Below, in pieces: positions 26,700 through 40,440 of a stretch of 64,000 nucleotides of DNA; within the stretch, counting starts at the first letter, position 1; each line of letters opens with the position of its first letter. Position numbers and translations under genes: made by a program. The DNA is from Octopus vulgaris (lineage: Eukaryota), in NCBI GenBank assembly GCA_951406725.2, contig OX597830.1:48298001-48362000 (forward strand), given 5' to 3'. Under the pieces are notes generated by a model that worked only from the letters and a program-made list of their open reading frames with translations, did not search any database and was not told the DNA's origin.

Positions 26700-28503
26700 C
26701 AAAAATAATAAAACTATACAACGTGAAACAGTTCCACCACCATTACGAAAAACTACAAACACAACAGTGATTTATTTATTTTCTTCTTCTTACAGGAAGA
26801 TGTCCTTTTGATTTTATTGACCTTGCTGGTATACCTTCAGAGAATGATTTGGGTAGATTTAATGACTGCAGTTACACGCAATGTCTGCTTCATTGCGAAG
26901 CAAAACCAAATTGCCAATCGTTTGACTATAGCTATAATTACAAAAGATGCTACTTGTCAACTATAGATCATAGAACTGCTGAATTGCATTTTTACAAAAA
27001 TTACATTTACACCGAAATAAACAGAGGTAAGGGCGTCATTTTCTTGTTTTTATTTATTTATTTTGTTGGAATTATACACAGGCAGTTAGACAAGACTAAA
27101 TCACCACCTTCCAAAATGTGTTAGACTGTTATATTTGAGGCCAATGTCATATAAAGGTACGGACTCAATACCAAATTAGATAGACAGATAGATAGAAAGA
27201 TAGATAGATAGATAGATAGATACATACATACATACATACATACATACATACATACATACATACATAAATGCATACATACTCGCATACATATATAGATGCA
27301 CGCATACATGCATACATACATGCACGCACACACTCATACGTACAGATAACTACTAAATAATCGATGAATAAAAGGGACAAAGATAGCACCAAACCTCCGT
27401 GCTGCGATGGAAAATGTTGGCTCTGCTATACCAGTGTGGAAGATGTCACCCACATCATCAGTAGTTGCGACAAAATGCCTACGAGATTCTACCTGCCCCT
27501 GAGGCATGATATAGTTGCAAAGACTATTTACGATGCTACCCATAGGAAGGACTGCTCGGACGTATACATCGAAGCCATGTTAGAACCAGCAAGTAATCAG
27601 ACCTTTTGAAAGCAAGGAATACTGGTGGAACTCCCCGCAAAAACAAACATCAATTCGGTACAAATATAGCAGACCTGATATTGCTCTGTGGTACAGGGGA
27701 AAAAGTCATGCATTGTTGTAGGGGTCAGCTGCCCAGAGGATGTGAATGTGCAATCAAAAGTCTTAGGAAAATAGAACATTTATGGCAAACTTACAGTTCT
27801 TGTACCCTGACCATAAAGTCTCGTTTGCACCTTTCATCAGAAGTGCATTAGATTATGTACCAACAATTTTGCACATTTGCAGAAAAACCTATAAATACTC
27901 GGTTTCACAGAGAAAGAGCTAAAGAAAAACTGACGCGGATTGTCAAATTCCAATGTTTTAGTGGCACAGTGAAGATTTGTAAAACATTCCCAAACTATTC
28001 CATCTGTGATTCTTAGGTGAATAGATGCACACGATTGAGTGTATGCATCGACAGTCCCACGAACTCAACCACACATTTGCAATCACCGGGAACTCACTCA
28101 TCTCAAAAACTCTTGTCGCTTTCTTACCGACTGTATGTTTATTGCATTCAGATGGCAGGAATTTTCTCCATTCGCTTCTTGCGTTGAAAGACAATTTGAA
28201 ACAGCGAAGTGTGTACAGACACAAAAGTATGCTTCAAACTGCGGACAGGCCAATTCTTTTAATAGAACCTGTCTTGAAGTCCAAGAACCAAGTCAGATTA
28301 TATGCCTGGGGAGACGCTATTACCTTTACGACCCTGTCTCTTTAAATTATCATCAAAACCCAGCAGCAACCGGGATTCTTTATTGAGGAGTTGTGGAGTG
28401 AAACGATTTGGTACCAGACTTTCCTAGAGAAAGGGAATTCATCACCTTTAAGGGACTGCATCAATCCCTCAACAGTGATGATGTTGACTGCAAAGGAAGT
28501 CAT
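26700..28503. repeat. Segmental duplication block, paralogous to about 60455-62440
   Basis: shared exon 4, tetranucleotide repeats and LINE fragments. Confidence 0.95.
26796..27026 (+). CDS. PAN-domain gene copy A, exon 4 (PAN/apple-like domain 2)
   Basis: ttcttcttcttacAG acceptor, 231 nt, GTAAGG donor; CLLHCEAKPNCQSFDY...RCYLS motif; phase 1-1, in frame with exon 3. Confidence 0.9.
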
Positions 28504-28870
28504 TTGGAAAGCAATTTTATATTTACTGATGTAACAATTTTCAGTGTCGATGATCCCTGCCTTTGTGTGTTTCATTTTGTTTTTGTATATTCCACTCTGG
28601 GCTGTTTTTCTCTGCTTCGCTACAGTACTGGCAACTGGAAATTGATGAAGCCACTCCCACACTTTCTTCGGGACAAGTGTCACTCTTAGGAGGGAAAGCT
28701 CTGTGCACTGTCAAAATGTTTCTGGTCTTGGTATTCTTCATTTCTCTCCTTTGCCATTTTATAATTCCCACTCCATACCGAAGTGATGCTATCGCTCACT
28801 TATCGACTGCTTGGATTTTATTCTATCCAGTCAATTTTGAGCGCAACACCAACCTCAGTCGTCTGACATA
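27360..28870. mobile_element. Old RLE-LINE fragments in both orientations (paralog 61290-62440)
   Basis: EDVTHIISSC...RHD zinc-finger remnant on +, RT thumb remnants on -. Confidence 0.6.
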
Positions 28871-30371
28871 CTAGGGCTCTAGTCTGTCTATGAAGATATC
28901 TTCCTCATAGACAGACTAGAACCCCAAATTAACAACATGCTGCATATTTTCAGCCAGTAACGTCGGGATGTGTGTAAGTTCATTTCTGGTAACATGCTCA
29001 GGTATTATAAAAAAAACTACACGTACAATACATAACTTAGAAGCAGCGCTGCAGATATGCCGATACACCCGAGCTCGAGGCAGGGCCGCCCTCACGCACT
29101 TCTCATGAGGAATTCCAGCAGGGGCTTCGTAAGGCCACTGCAGAGACGATTCCGAAAAATTAATCCAGTAACCGTTGGGAAAAACCGATTACAGCAGTAA
29201 CTCGATCAATTCCTAGCAATATCTGCAGAAGGAATTTTTATATTCCGATATATTATTATATCAGACTATGAGTAATTAATTTATAACAGTTATGATAGTC
29301 CACTCTGCACTGTTCTGCCATTGAAGACACGTTATATTTCGCACTGTATATATTTGTAGGCCTGTAAAATAGTCACACCAGATTGTTCGGTTATAAAATC
29401 ATGTGACGGAAAAAAGGAGAAGAAAAACAGAGAAAAAGGAAAAGATGTAAAATATAAAAGTAAACAAAGAAAATAAGGGGCAAAAACAGGAAAGAAAATT
29501 CACATCGACTCTGCTCTTCTCAATACGTGTGACATGTCGGTTAATACAATCTGTTGATTTCCAACATGAATGGTAATCTAGGGATCATTCTTAAAAAATC
29601 TTCAGTTCAAGTGCTCCTACAATCACTGGTATTGTAACCGTCTTGAGATGCCATCTTTGCTCCTACTACTGTGTGGAATTATCAAATGTTGTTTAGTTTC
29701 GACTTTTGTCTTGTACATGATATCATCATAAATATGTGAGGGCTGGAGGCGATAGTAGGAGAAAGAGGAGTAGCTTGCAGGTGGGGTGGATATTTTTGAA
29801 TTTTCCTTTGCTTTCTGTAGGTTTTTCTGTGTTTTATAGTTTTCGTAATTGTGCAGTTTGTATATATTGGCAGGTGCTTATCTCCTTAATTTTTTTCATT
29901 CGTTTAATTTGTTGCTATAAAAGGTACGTTTACATAATTGAGTAGTCAGGGTGAAAAGAAGGGTAAAATTTTCATAGAAAATTGTAGATATTAAAGTTTT
30001 AAATTTTCTCAAGATGACCGTTTGTATGTCCGGCAAGAGAGAACTGTAGCGTTCTTGCAATAAAAAGGGTGTTTATATTTTTGAATATTCAGGGAGAAAG
30101 GAGAGAGATAGTATTCACAGAGGTTCTAAATATTTTTAAAGATTTTTTTAAGATTTTAAAGATGATCGTTTGTGTGTTCGCCCAGAGAAAATTAAAGATA
30201 TGTAAGTTTCTAGCCTTATAGGGTGGTGGTGAGATTTTAAAATACTCACAGGAGATGGTAGATGTTCCAATTACCAAAAGTTATATTTCAGTTGTTCTGC
30301 CGGGTTGTGTTAGTGTTTGTGTGTCTTCGGCTACTGACTGGTCAGTGCAGCCGCTGTCAAGGCTTGCGCTC

Positions 30372-30442
<71 letters not shown>

Positions 30443-32337
30443 CACCATTATTATTATTGTTATCATTATTATTGATTTTGATATTTTAGAAGGACTAACG
30501 AACCTCTTCACAAAGATAAATAGACAATACGAAAAGCATTTCGTCCGGCGTGCTAACGATTCGGCTAGTCCGCCGCTTTAGCATTGCAGACAACATATTA
30601 AAATTAATTCCGATCGATTCTACACGCTTCTCTGAGCTGTTCCAGAAAAAAAATCATTTTTTCCAACTCCAATGCGGACTAATTATATTTGTAAGACATA
30701 TACACCGGACTCCTTACCAAGAATCGAAACCTCGGTCTTCACGCTTGTTTATATTGTTCTCGTCATTTGTGTTTATAATTCATTCGTTTTACCTATTTAC
30801 TTCGCCACCATTTTAGATGAGACAGGGTTTAATCTTGTTAACCCATTTCGTTCTATTGTCAATGGTCTGACTTCACTTTAGCACTGCAATAAATTCGAGA
30901 TACCAAGAGAAAAATATTATCTTTCCTCTGCAACTTCCAAACAGTTAACTATGGCACATTCCCGCGAGCTTTGCCCAATTTATCCCCTTCAAGTTAGGGT
31001 TCACTATTAACAACTACCATGGTAATAGATTATCCATCAAAACTAACTAAATTTTGTGTTTACTTCCCACTCGTCGCAGTTGCAGAACCGCGTAAGTAAA
31101 ATCTACAGTAAGTGTGAAATACCTTTCAGCAGTTCTTTGCAGTGCATCCAGAAATGTTATCTAAGCAATGCACAGTCTTTCGCCAACTTGTCACATCTCT
31201 ATGTGTTAAAAACAACTTGCTACATCGTGCCTGTAACGCCTTTCCCGTTACAATTATACTGTTATACATATAAAGACATGTTTGAAGTACATTTCGAAAG
31301 TATCTAGGATCTTTATAAACGTCTGTCCCTTCATATCTGAGGCCTTGTGTTATTACTAGAAATAACTGATAGTAAATAAAACTCAACATATATTAAAGAA
31401 GTAATGATTTCTTGTATAAAATCGTCTTATATAAATAGGGAAGTCGATTGTATTAAGGAGATTAGGATTTCTTGATTAATATTAAAGAAATCACGAAAGA
31501 TATTAAGACGATCAGAAGAATAAGAAACAATTTTTATTCCATTTCAGAACTTTGGAACGATTTCAAACAGTCAAATACACTGGACAAGATTAACTCTGTG
31601 GGATGTGGTATAATATTTTTCGACTCTTATTATTTCCTTGACAGTAAGACCCTCTTTTTGTTCATTTTTTTGTGTTTTTCGTTTCTGTTTCTGGTTTCTA
31701 ATCTTTATTAACTTGATCTCTAGTTCTTGCCACATTCATTGATCTCTAGTTCTTGCCACAAAAATTTAAAAAATAAATAAATATCTCATTCTCCTACATC
31801 AAATGAGTATTTCTACTTAGAAACTTAATTCTTAATTAAATATATTAACAGTAAATTGATGATTAATATTCATTCAAAAGGATGTTGTAAAACAACCCAC
31901 AAATACATTTAAAATCTGGCAGATGGATTAATATTAATCTCCGTTGTCATTAAAATTCTCAACACGCTTCCTTACTAATCTGCAAAGAAATACCTCAATA
32001 CATCTCGCCGGTAATACGAGAACCATTCTCCCTCCGAGATACCCATCAACATACCCCTTCTCATTATCCCGTCATACATGCTATTACAGCAACCAGATCA
32101 CATCCCGCATCAATTATTAATCCCAGTCCTTCCTTTCTAGATTATACAACATTCAGGTACTCACTCCCTACTCACACTAACCTAAAGATGTCTAAACGGA
32201 ACATGAATACAATCGATCTATCGAATCAATAGGCCCTATCTATTCGTTTCCTTTGTACTTTGTCAGATTAGAGCAATAATTTAAGTTATGCTCTTATATT
32301 TATTGTTTCCTCTTTCCATTTTTTTTTTCTATTGCAG

Positions 32338-32528
32338 AAAAAGAAACTAATGATTTGACAGCTTATTCAACATTTTCCTTCAAACAAAATCCAAATCTCT
32401 ACCTTATAACAGAGGCCCAAATGGATGCTCACTCGGTTCTGGATTGTTCCCGTTTATGTATGATATCTTCTACATGTACTGCCTTTTCATATACTAACAC
32501 TAAGTGCCTACTAAAGAAACTGAGCTGA
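32338..32528 (+). CDS. PAN-domain gene copy A, terminal exon 5a (PAN-like domain 3, ends KKLS*)
   Basis: polypyrimidine + attgcAG acceptor; phase 1; EKETNDL...SVLDCSRLCMISSTCTAFSYTNTKCLLKKLS-TGA; absent from ORF track. Confidence 0.8.
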
Positions 32529-32968
32529 ACTTTAATTGAATTCACCCCAAACTTACTTACTTGTCCATGAATTGTGAGCAAGACTTCAACGGATCACGTT
32601 TGCTAACCTATTTTGCTTATTTTTTTGTGTCCTTTTTCCTTTTTCTTGTTTCTCATCTTTAATTCATTGATCTTCTGTCTCCATTTCTTGTCGAAAAAAT
32701 AAGAGAAATTAATGTCGCTCTCTTCTTCATCGCATTATTTCTTCTACTTAGAGTCCTAATTCTTAGTTAAATATATTTACAGTAAATTTATAATTCCTCT
32801 CCCCGAGATACTCAGCCACATGCCCCTTCTCCCGTCATACATGCTATTACACCAATCTGATCACATCCCGCATCAATTATTATCCCCAATCCTTCCTTTC
32901 TAGATTTTACAACACTCAGGATCTAACTCCATACTCGCACTACTCTAAAGATGTCCAAACGGAACATT

Positions 32969-32974
32969 AATAAA
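32969..32974 (+). terminator. Candidate polyadenylation signal for terminal exon 5a
   Basis: AATAAA between the 5a stop and the 5b acceptor; the equivalent position in the upstream repeat unit is not AATAAA. Confidence 0.35.
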
Positions 32975-33097
32975 ATCGATCTATCGAATCAATAGTCCAT
33001 ATCCATTCGTTTCCCTTGTACCTTTCAATGAAGAGCAATAATTTCATTTATGTTGTTATATTTCTTGTGCTTTCTCTTGCTTTTTTTTCTATTGCAG

Positions 33098-33288
33098 AAA
33101 AAGTAATTAATGATTTGACAGCTTATTCAAATTATTCCTTCAAACAAAATCCATATCACAATCTTATTACCGAGACCCAAATGCATGCTCACTCGGTTCT
33201 GGATTGTTCCCGTTTATGTTTGATATCTTCTACATGTACCGCCTTTTCATATACTAACACTAAGTGCCTACTAAAGAAACTGATCTGA
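33098..33288 (+). CDS. PAN-domain gene copy A, duplicated terminal exon 5b (PAN-like domain 3, ends KKLI*)
   Basis: same acceptor context; EKVINDL...SVLDCSRLCLISSTCTAFSYTNTKCLLKKLI-TGA; AATAAA at 33400. Confidence 0.8.
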
Positions 33289-33399
33289 ACTTTAATGGAA
33301 TTCACCCAAACATTACTTCTCCATAAATTGTGAGCAAATCTTCAACGGATCACGTTTGCTAATAATAATTATATAAGATAAAATGTGTGTTTCTTTGTG

Positions 33400-33405
33400 A
33401 ATAAA
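33400..33405 (+). terminator. Candidate polyadenylation signal for terminal exon 5b
   Basis: AATAAA about 110 nt after the stop, followed by T/GT-rich tract (33421-33440). Confidence 0.55.
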
Positions 33406-34039
33406 ATCAATTTAATTCAGTTATTTTTTTTGTTGATTTATTTCAATTGCTAACGTTTTTCGTTCTAAATTAGTCTTCTCTTAGAACATGATTGCTAATT
33501 TGAGTTTTAGCTCTGGTCTCTCGGTAACTATTTAAGCCGGCTGATCTAAACTGCTTTTATTAAGGATTATAAAGCGAAATTAAAATAAGAATCTTTTCTT
33601 TTTCTCTTTGGACGAAATTTTGTGTTTCAGCAACTTATAAGTACAGGTTAAACGAAGAATAGGTTAAACCAAAATACGAAATCAATTATACGGAAAACGA
33701 AATCTAATAGAAATTTGATCGTAAACTCAGAAGCCCCACGATTTCTTTCAGGTTATCGAAAAGTTAAAATAGCTTTTTGCTGTGAAAAACATAAATTGCA
33801 ATGCTGACCATACATGTCGTAAAATGTTCCTTTTGTTTTCATTTGTTTAGTTTTGGATTAATATTGGATTCTTTGTTTATAGTTTCTTGAAGAGGAGAGG
33901 TGGTGGTGGACATTGTCTTTGCAAGTCTTTATGGATTGGTGAGATCGATACGGTTAATGCTTAGTTTGAAGATTTGTGTGTCGACATCTGTTGGGAAAAT
34001 TGGATCAGGGATTGCATTTCAGGCGATTAATGTTCTGGA

Positions 34040-35510
34040 GCAGTGGATACCCAATCGCTGTGTTGTAGCCCAGTCAGCATAAGTTTTAAAAAAGCACGGG
34101 CAAAAATTTTAAATAAATAATAATTTGACTTTTGATTTAATAAATGAAATTTGAAGTCAACTTCTCAACGTGATTGAAAATCACAAATAAATAAAACGTT
34201 GGCACCGTCTAATATAAGTCATGAAAATACGAACTCCTCGAAAGGGATTCTCTTTTCGTTGTTGTGTCGCAAAACGAAGGAAGATGTCTTTAAAATTCAG
34301 GTTTTCATCACGCCATTTATTCATTATACTTGGGCATAAATTGTCCGGTTTATTGTCTACCACGGATCTCGCCTGATAAGACTTTATCCTCTACAGATTG
34401 AGAAAGTATTCATTCATAGACTGCCGTGTGCTTACAGGCAGTGTTACGTCTTCTTGCAGCAGTTCGATCAGTTCAATCGAGGAATCCGTAGAGAGATTCA
34501 AAATCTCAAGTAAATAGGTGAAATTGATCAAGATGTGTCACTTCCACCCGATGCGTCGCTTTGCAGAGTGGCATTCAGACCACACCAGGGCCTCTAAATT
34601 TAGTTGAAATGTATCTGCTATGAATTTGAGACAAACAATGTTCAGAAACTGGAGCATTTACGGATTGAGATAAGAGAGGTTTATCATGATATCACCATTT
34701 TATGCCGAAAATTGGTGTCGGAACTCTAAGCAACTCTGGTTCAATATAGGGATGACGGTCTCAAGGTGTAAATTGATGAAAGGTGCTCTATTAATTTTCA
34801 GCCGACTTTAAACATTCTCACTGACCGATGAGACCCGCCTGCTGTGGAGATTTTCCCCGTAGATTAGGTATCTACCGAGTCAGTGGGTTGATCTTAATAA
34901 CTTCACTGATGTGTTACTTAATCGGAGACTACAAAACTTTCTTTTCGTTTGACATGAAGATGTTTAACTGGATATCATTCCAGTTACTGTAGTCACAGCA
35001 GTGAAGATTTGTAATATTTTTGCTAAAGACTTGATTCGTATTAAAACTTGTTTAGAGGAGACGAAAGCGCAAACTTTCATAGACAATCGTAATAGAAGCA
35101 CTTGTCTTTAATTTGCCTCTCCCATGACTTGATAACCTCACTGAAATGAGGTAGGATATCCATAATGAAGTAAAGCTCATAATGAACAACATAGCACGGT
35201 CCCTGCTGACAGACCCATCGTGTATAGGAGAAGATTTTCTTCTCTGCTGGTTGTCCTCGTTTTTCTTCCTGTAAGCACTTGTTGTACTGAGGCAGTCTGA
35301 ATCGATCCATAAACAGTTAAAGTTGCTTTTGTATGACTAAAAATTCCCCGATAGCCTTTACATTTTTGTTAAGAAGTTATCTACATCTAGGTTCAGTTGG
35401 TGGAAGCTGACACAAGTTGCAGATGGGGCTGCGACAAGCAATTTCGCTTGAACACCAGCGATTCCTCCGCTCATGACAGTGGCACCATCATAACTATTTG
35501 TGAACATCAA
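34040..35510 (-). mobile_element. Degenerate hAT transposase fragment
   Basis: YDGATVMSGGIAGVQAKL...HQLNL motif. Confidence 0.65.
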
Positions 35511-36735
35511 TACGAAGGGTACCCAAAAGTAAAAGGAACGTTCTCTGTGGGACATACCCGCTATAGGTTAGGCTTCTACGGCTAGAAACCACTTGATGCG
35601 CCCCTCGGGCATCCTCCTGCCGACTGGCGCCGTTGTCAAGAGTCGTACTGTCACGTGGTGCGTCTTTGTCTTGCAGTACTTCTCCCTTGTTCGTCGATTA
35701 TTGCGATGGATGAAACGAGGGGACAGCGTGCTTCCTAGACATTCTGTTTTTTGCTGGGGGAAACCAGCGGCCGGAACAGTTGCCATGCTTCGAACAGCTT
35801 ACAAGGATGCTGCAATGAGCAAAACACAATTTTACGAGTAGGTTTTCACGCTTTTGGAACGGTCACTTGTCGCATGAAGACCAACCTCTTGGCCACCGTC
35901 GACCTCCTGAACGAATGAAAACATCACGAAAATTCGTGAACTGGTCTTGGAAGACCGTTGCCGAACAATTGATGAACGTGTTGATACAACTGATGTGTTC
36001 TGGAGTTTCTGCCAATGAGTTTTTAGCGAGGAATTGTGAATGAAAGAGTTGCAGCAAAATCTGTGACTCACTTGCTCACGGAAGATCAAAATCAGTCGTG
36101 ACTAAGTGCGTGTCGTAAAGTGAAAGAACAGTTGGAAGTTGATCCAAAAATTTTTTTAAGAAGGCCATCACTAGCGACGAAGGCTGGTGCTATATCTACA
36201 ACCCGGAAACGATAGGGCACTCAAGTCAATGGAAGCATTAAATATCACCACGCCCTACAAGTCAAGTGCGTCAAGTGAAGGCCAACTTCAAGACGATGCT
36301 GATTTGTTTCATTTATGCGAAATGAATTGTCCGTACAGTATTTGTTCCACCTAGTCAAACTGTTGACCAGACATTTTGCTTGGCAGTTCCGAGGTATTTG
36401 CGAGACACGGCGAGACGAAAACGTCCCGACCAGTGGCAGAGTGGAGTGTGGTGGTTTCATCACGACAAAGAAATTTCGTACACCTCCTTCAGTGTGAGAC
36501 AGTTTTTGACCAAAAATGACATGACCTCGTTTACCTACCCTCCATATTCACCCGGTCTTGCTCCCTGTAATAATTTTTTGTTGCCCCGAAAGAAAAAAGT
36601 CCTAAAAGAAAAATGTTTTGCAAACGTGAAGGATTTGAAGAAAAAAAGACGACGGAGGCGATAAAAGACATCACGAATTGCAGGACTGCTTCGAATAGTG
36701 GAAAACGCGTCTGGACCGGTGCATTAAATTCAGAA
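35511..36735 (+). mobile_element. Degenerate mariner element interrupting the hAT
   Basis: TIR-like tacgaagggtacccaaaagt; ITSDEGW, WWFHHD and PPYSPGLAP motifs with stops. Confidence 0.75.
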
Positions 36736-37257
36736 GTTACTCAATATCCAAAGAGTTCTTCACAGATAATATTCTTAAATACTCGGTGTAGAAGGCCTTA
36801 GAGCAGTTTAATTTTCGAAATGACTATTATTTCATGCAAAATTAATGTAAATTTTAAGAATTAGACAAGTCTGAAGCTAGTAATTCTTAGATTACTGATG
36901 CCATAATATAGAGAAACCTTTTGTACAAAATATAATGTCGCGTGACACTAACGCACGGACGTAGCAGGAAATGTAGAAACTTAATCACGTGTTCATTCTC
37001 TTCAAACACTTGACAGAAAACATTCAAAGCATTGATCATTTGGACATATTCAATCAACCGCATCAGCCTTAACTTACGGTGCCAAACATGTCACTTGATC
37101 CCAACGCACACACGCAGCGGGGAACCTAAAAAACATTCTAAGATATACATATATCCGTTTCTCAGACCAGTCATGTGACTATCCTCTATCAATCAAATCC
37201 GATTCAAAACGTATACTATTTTCAGTCATGAACTCGCCTATAAAACTAGGGCAAGCC

Positions 37258-38200
37258 TCAAACACTAGTCAGTAGCGAAACAGCTGTAGCATATGCCACA
37301 TCTTTCTGTTTCGACTTTCTCATGACTGACGCTAGGGCAACGTGTTTTATATATTCTGGTACCGCAATAATTAGAGATATAAATCTGAACTTGTAATTGG
37401 GGTAGAGTAACAGTATATTTCTCAATAATTCATCGTTGGTATTCTCTTTTTCGCTGATCTTTATGTTAACATCCGCTGAACAGCTAATTTCCACAACTTT
37501 ATACAGATTCTCTTTTCCATCCCAAATGACTATGTCAGTCCGATTATGCTTAAATTTTATTGAGGTTTTCACCGGGACATTTCATCAGAACTCCTTCTTA
37601 TTATGAGTGGCTATGGCCTCTACCAAACTGTGGATTATTATTTCTTTGGTGTCAGGGTTATATTTCCGACGGATCTTGTTATACAGTGTCTTAATCACAT
37701 CATATCACATCGGTTGGTAATACCGCGATGACATTTTCGAACAACTGCTTATGATGTGGGTGACAGCATGGTGTTAACTTCAGAAAGTCTGCATCGGTTA
37801 TCATAGTTTGGTATTTTATCCGCGTCTTTGAGCCTTTTTTGCATCAAGCATTTGTTTGATACTTCCTATTCTTGGATTGCAAAAGCATAGCGGTCAGTGT
37901 GAGTTTGTAGTCCGGTCGTTGGTCCATGGCTGATTGCTTTTATGATCAATGTTACTATCATCCCGAAGCTTTCTGCTAACATATCCATGCATGATCTTCT
38001 GCTGATATACGCTCATCCTTTCATTTGATGACATGTTGCTGTAGAGTCGTGCGACATTTTGGACATATATTCTAGATTATCAGACAAAGAGTGTTATCTG
38101 CCTCGTGTATGCAAATGTGGCCAAGTGATGCACTTCAATATTTGGTGGTTAAAAGATCTTGCTGAAGGGATTTTAATACGACATTCAAAGTCGGTCTGGA
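37258..38200 (-). mobile_element. Old RLE-LINE 3' fragment
   Basis: HNRTDIVIWD...VEISC endonuclease remnant. Confidence 0.6.
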
Positions 38201-38650
38201 TCGATGTTAAGTCTCTGCCGCCTTGTTTTCATTGTAGGTAGAGGAGGTCTCCGTTAGGTAGAGGTCAGCCGTCCTGTTGATGTGAATATCTCTTTGAAAA
38301 TTAAAGAGAAAGAAGATAACTATGGACAACTGCTCCGAAACCCCCAACTTGTATATCCGGATTACAAATGTACATTTATCCCAATAATAACGGGAGCACT
38401 TGATTTTCGAAAATAAATACTTATCTGTCAGTCTGGATAAGCTTAGATTTTCAGAAAAAGAAACCAACAGATTGATTGACACTTTACAAATACAATCTAT
38501 AAACGGAACAGCAAAACTATACAAGATTTTCTCAGGTTTAAAATGTGGCATTGCTTTCGTTATCTACATTCCAACATGGAGCTTTGTCTATTTGTTAGAA
38601 ACAAGTTCCTTTTTCAGGGGATGAATTTAAATGATTAAATACAGAAAGGA

Positions 38651-38982
38651 CATACATACACACATACGTACCTACATACATATATACATACATACATTCA
38701 TTCATACATGCATACATACATGCATACATACATACATACAAGCATACATACATACATACATACATACATACATACATACATACATACATGCATACATACA
38801 TACATACATACAAGCATACATACATACATGCATACATACATACATACATACATACATACACACATACATACATACATGCATTCATACATACATACATACA
38901 TACATACATACATACATACATACATACATACATACATACATGCATGCATACATGCATGCATGCATGCATGCATGCATGCATG
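38651..38982. repeat. (TACA)n/(TGCA)n microsatellite, representative of many (TA)n, (CA)n, (TAA)n, (TAGA)n tracts in the window
   Basis: direct inspection. Confidence 0.95.
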
Positions 38983-39149
38983 AACTGGCAACAGCCGTTT
39001 GAACTGTATGACTGATTCTTATTTTATCGACTCTGCTGGGATAAATGATAAAATCGAGTTCGACCAAATTTGAAATGCAGACGTAGAGGAATGTGATAAC
39101 GGGCATTAACTCATCGTTTTCTATCCATTCGCTGCCATTGTCACTAAGG

Positions 39150-39372
39150 TATATTGGTTTCGAATTGTGGCACAATCCCAGAAATTTCGGAGGAGGAGGA
39201 GGTAAATCGACTACATGAACCCCCGTGTTCAAATGGAACTTAATTTATCGATTCACAAAAACGATAAATGCCGAAGTCGACCTTGGTGGAATTTGAACTC
39301 AGAACGTAGAGACGAACGAAATGCCGCGAAGTATTTTGTCCATCACACTACCGACTCTGCCAGATCGTCACC
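39150..39372 (-). mobile_element. Single diverged SINE copy (same family as the 20.6-21.9 kb array)
   Basis: gtcgaccttggtggaatttgaactcagaacg core. Confidence 0.7.
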
Positions 39373-40440
39373 TTATTACTACAATATGTTAAAGAGTGTT
39401 CACCTGTTTCGAAGTATCCTGTTCTGGTGTTACCTTGTTTACAACTCCGAGATACACTTAGGCGATATCAATAATGTTAAACATCCTTTGTTCAATATAT
39501 TCTTTTACAATGGTATGGTATAAACCCAGGATTGACTCTGTCTTTGTATTTGCAATTAACAGATATTGACTCTGTTTTTTTTTTCTTGCAATTAACAGAT
39601 ATTCATTGATTAATTGATGATATTAATCAATTAGGAAGGTTATTTATTATTCACTTCATAGAGATTTTATGATCAACAGTGTTGTTAGTTACAAGGCTTT
39701 CAATTAACTAACTTTGACCTACATAATACCTAATAATCAATATTCCTAAACTAAACTCTCATTCGTGAATATATGGTCGTTGGATATCGGATATTTTATG
39801 TAGTATGTAATGAATGTTGATGAGTCGTCTATTAATCTTTTGTTTCGGATCATTATTCTACTTCTTATAAGAAGCTAAGAACTTGGTCTAGATTGTTCGA
39901 AACTGTTGAATGCCGGCCTGATTTCTCTGTGCATTACGTCAAATGAAAACACCAAATATTTTGAAAGTTGTCAATGCCAACACTTTCGATTTTCCTATCT
40001 TTTTATCAAAATCTCAATTTGAAAATTCAAATGCTTAGAGGTGGTCGGTTGACCTTTCGGGTTAGTTTCTATTGTTGCCTGCAAGTGTCAAACCAAATAT
40101 TATCTTTATTCTGTTTGCATTCTTTTTCAAAACAAGCTTCTAAAATCTTTCTTCTTTTTTAGAACATAATATATATTTCAAATAATGTTATCCAATGTGT
40201 TTTATTTTAGAAGATGGTAAAGAGTGTTATGTAGAAAATATGTTTGCCAAATCTCGCGAGTCGGACATCTTTACAGAAGTTTCCTCATTCAAACGTGCAG
40301 TTTTGATACAACCATTTGGTTTATTTTTGTCATGTTTTTACTTAATCTTAAACCTATTATTCAAGAACGATATTTTCATTTTAAGAGCACGAGTGTTTGG
40401 GACTGAATTTGCTGGTTATATGGCGTGGTTGGATAGCTTA

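Larger units (their letters stand above)
31640..33362 (+). repeat. Local tandem duplication (about 970 bp + 750 bp units), each carrying a terminal exon
   Basis: repeated intron motifs (cccgtcatacatgctattaca, aatcgatctatcgaatcaatag) and 3' UTR start (cttcaacggatcacgtttgctaa). Confidence 0.9.
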
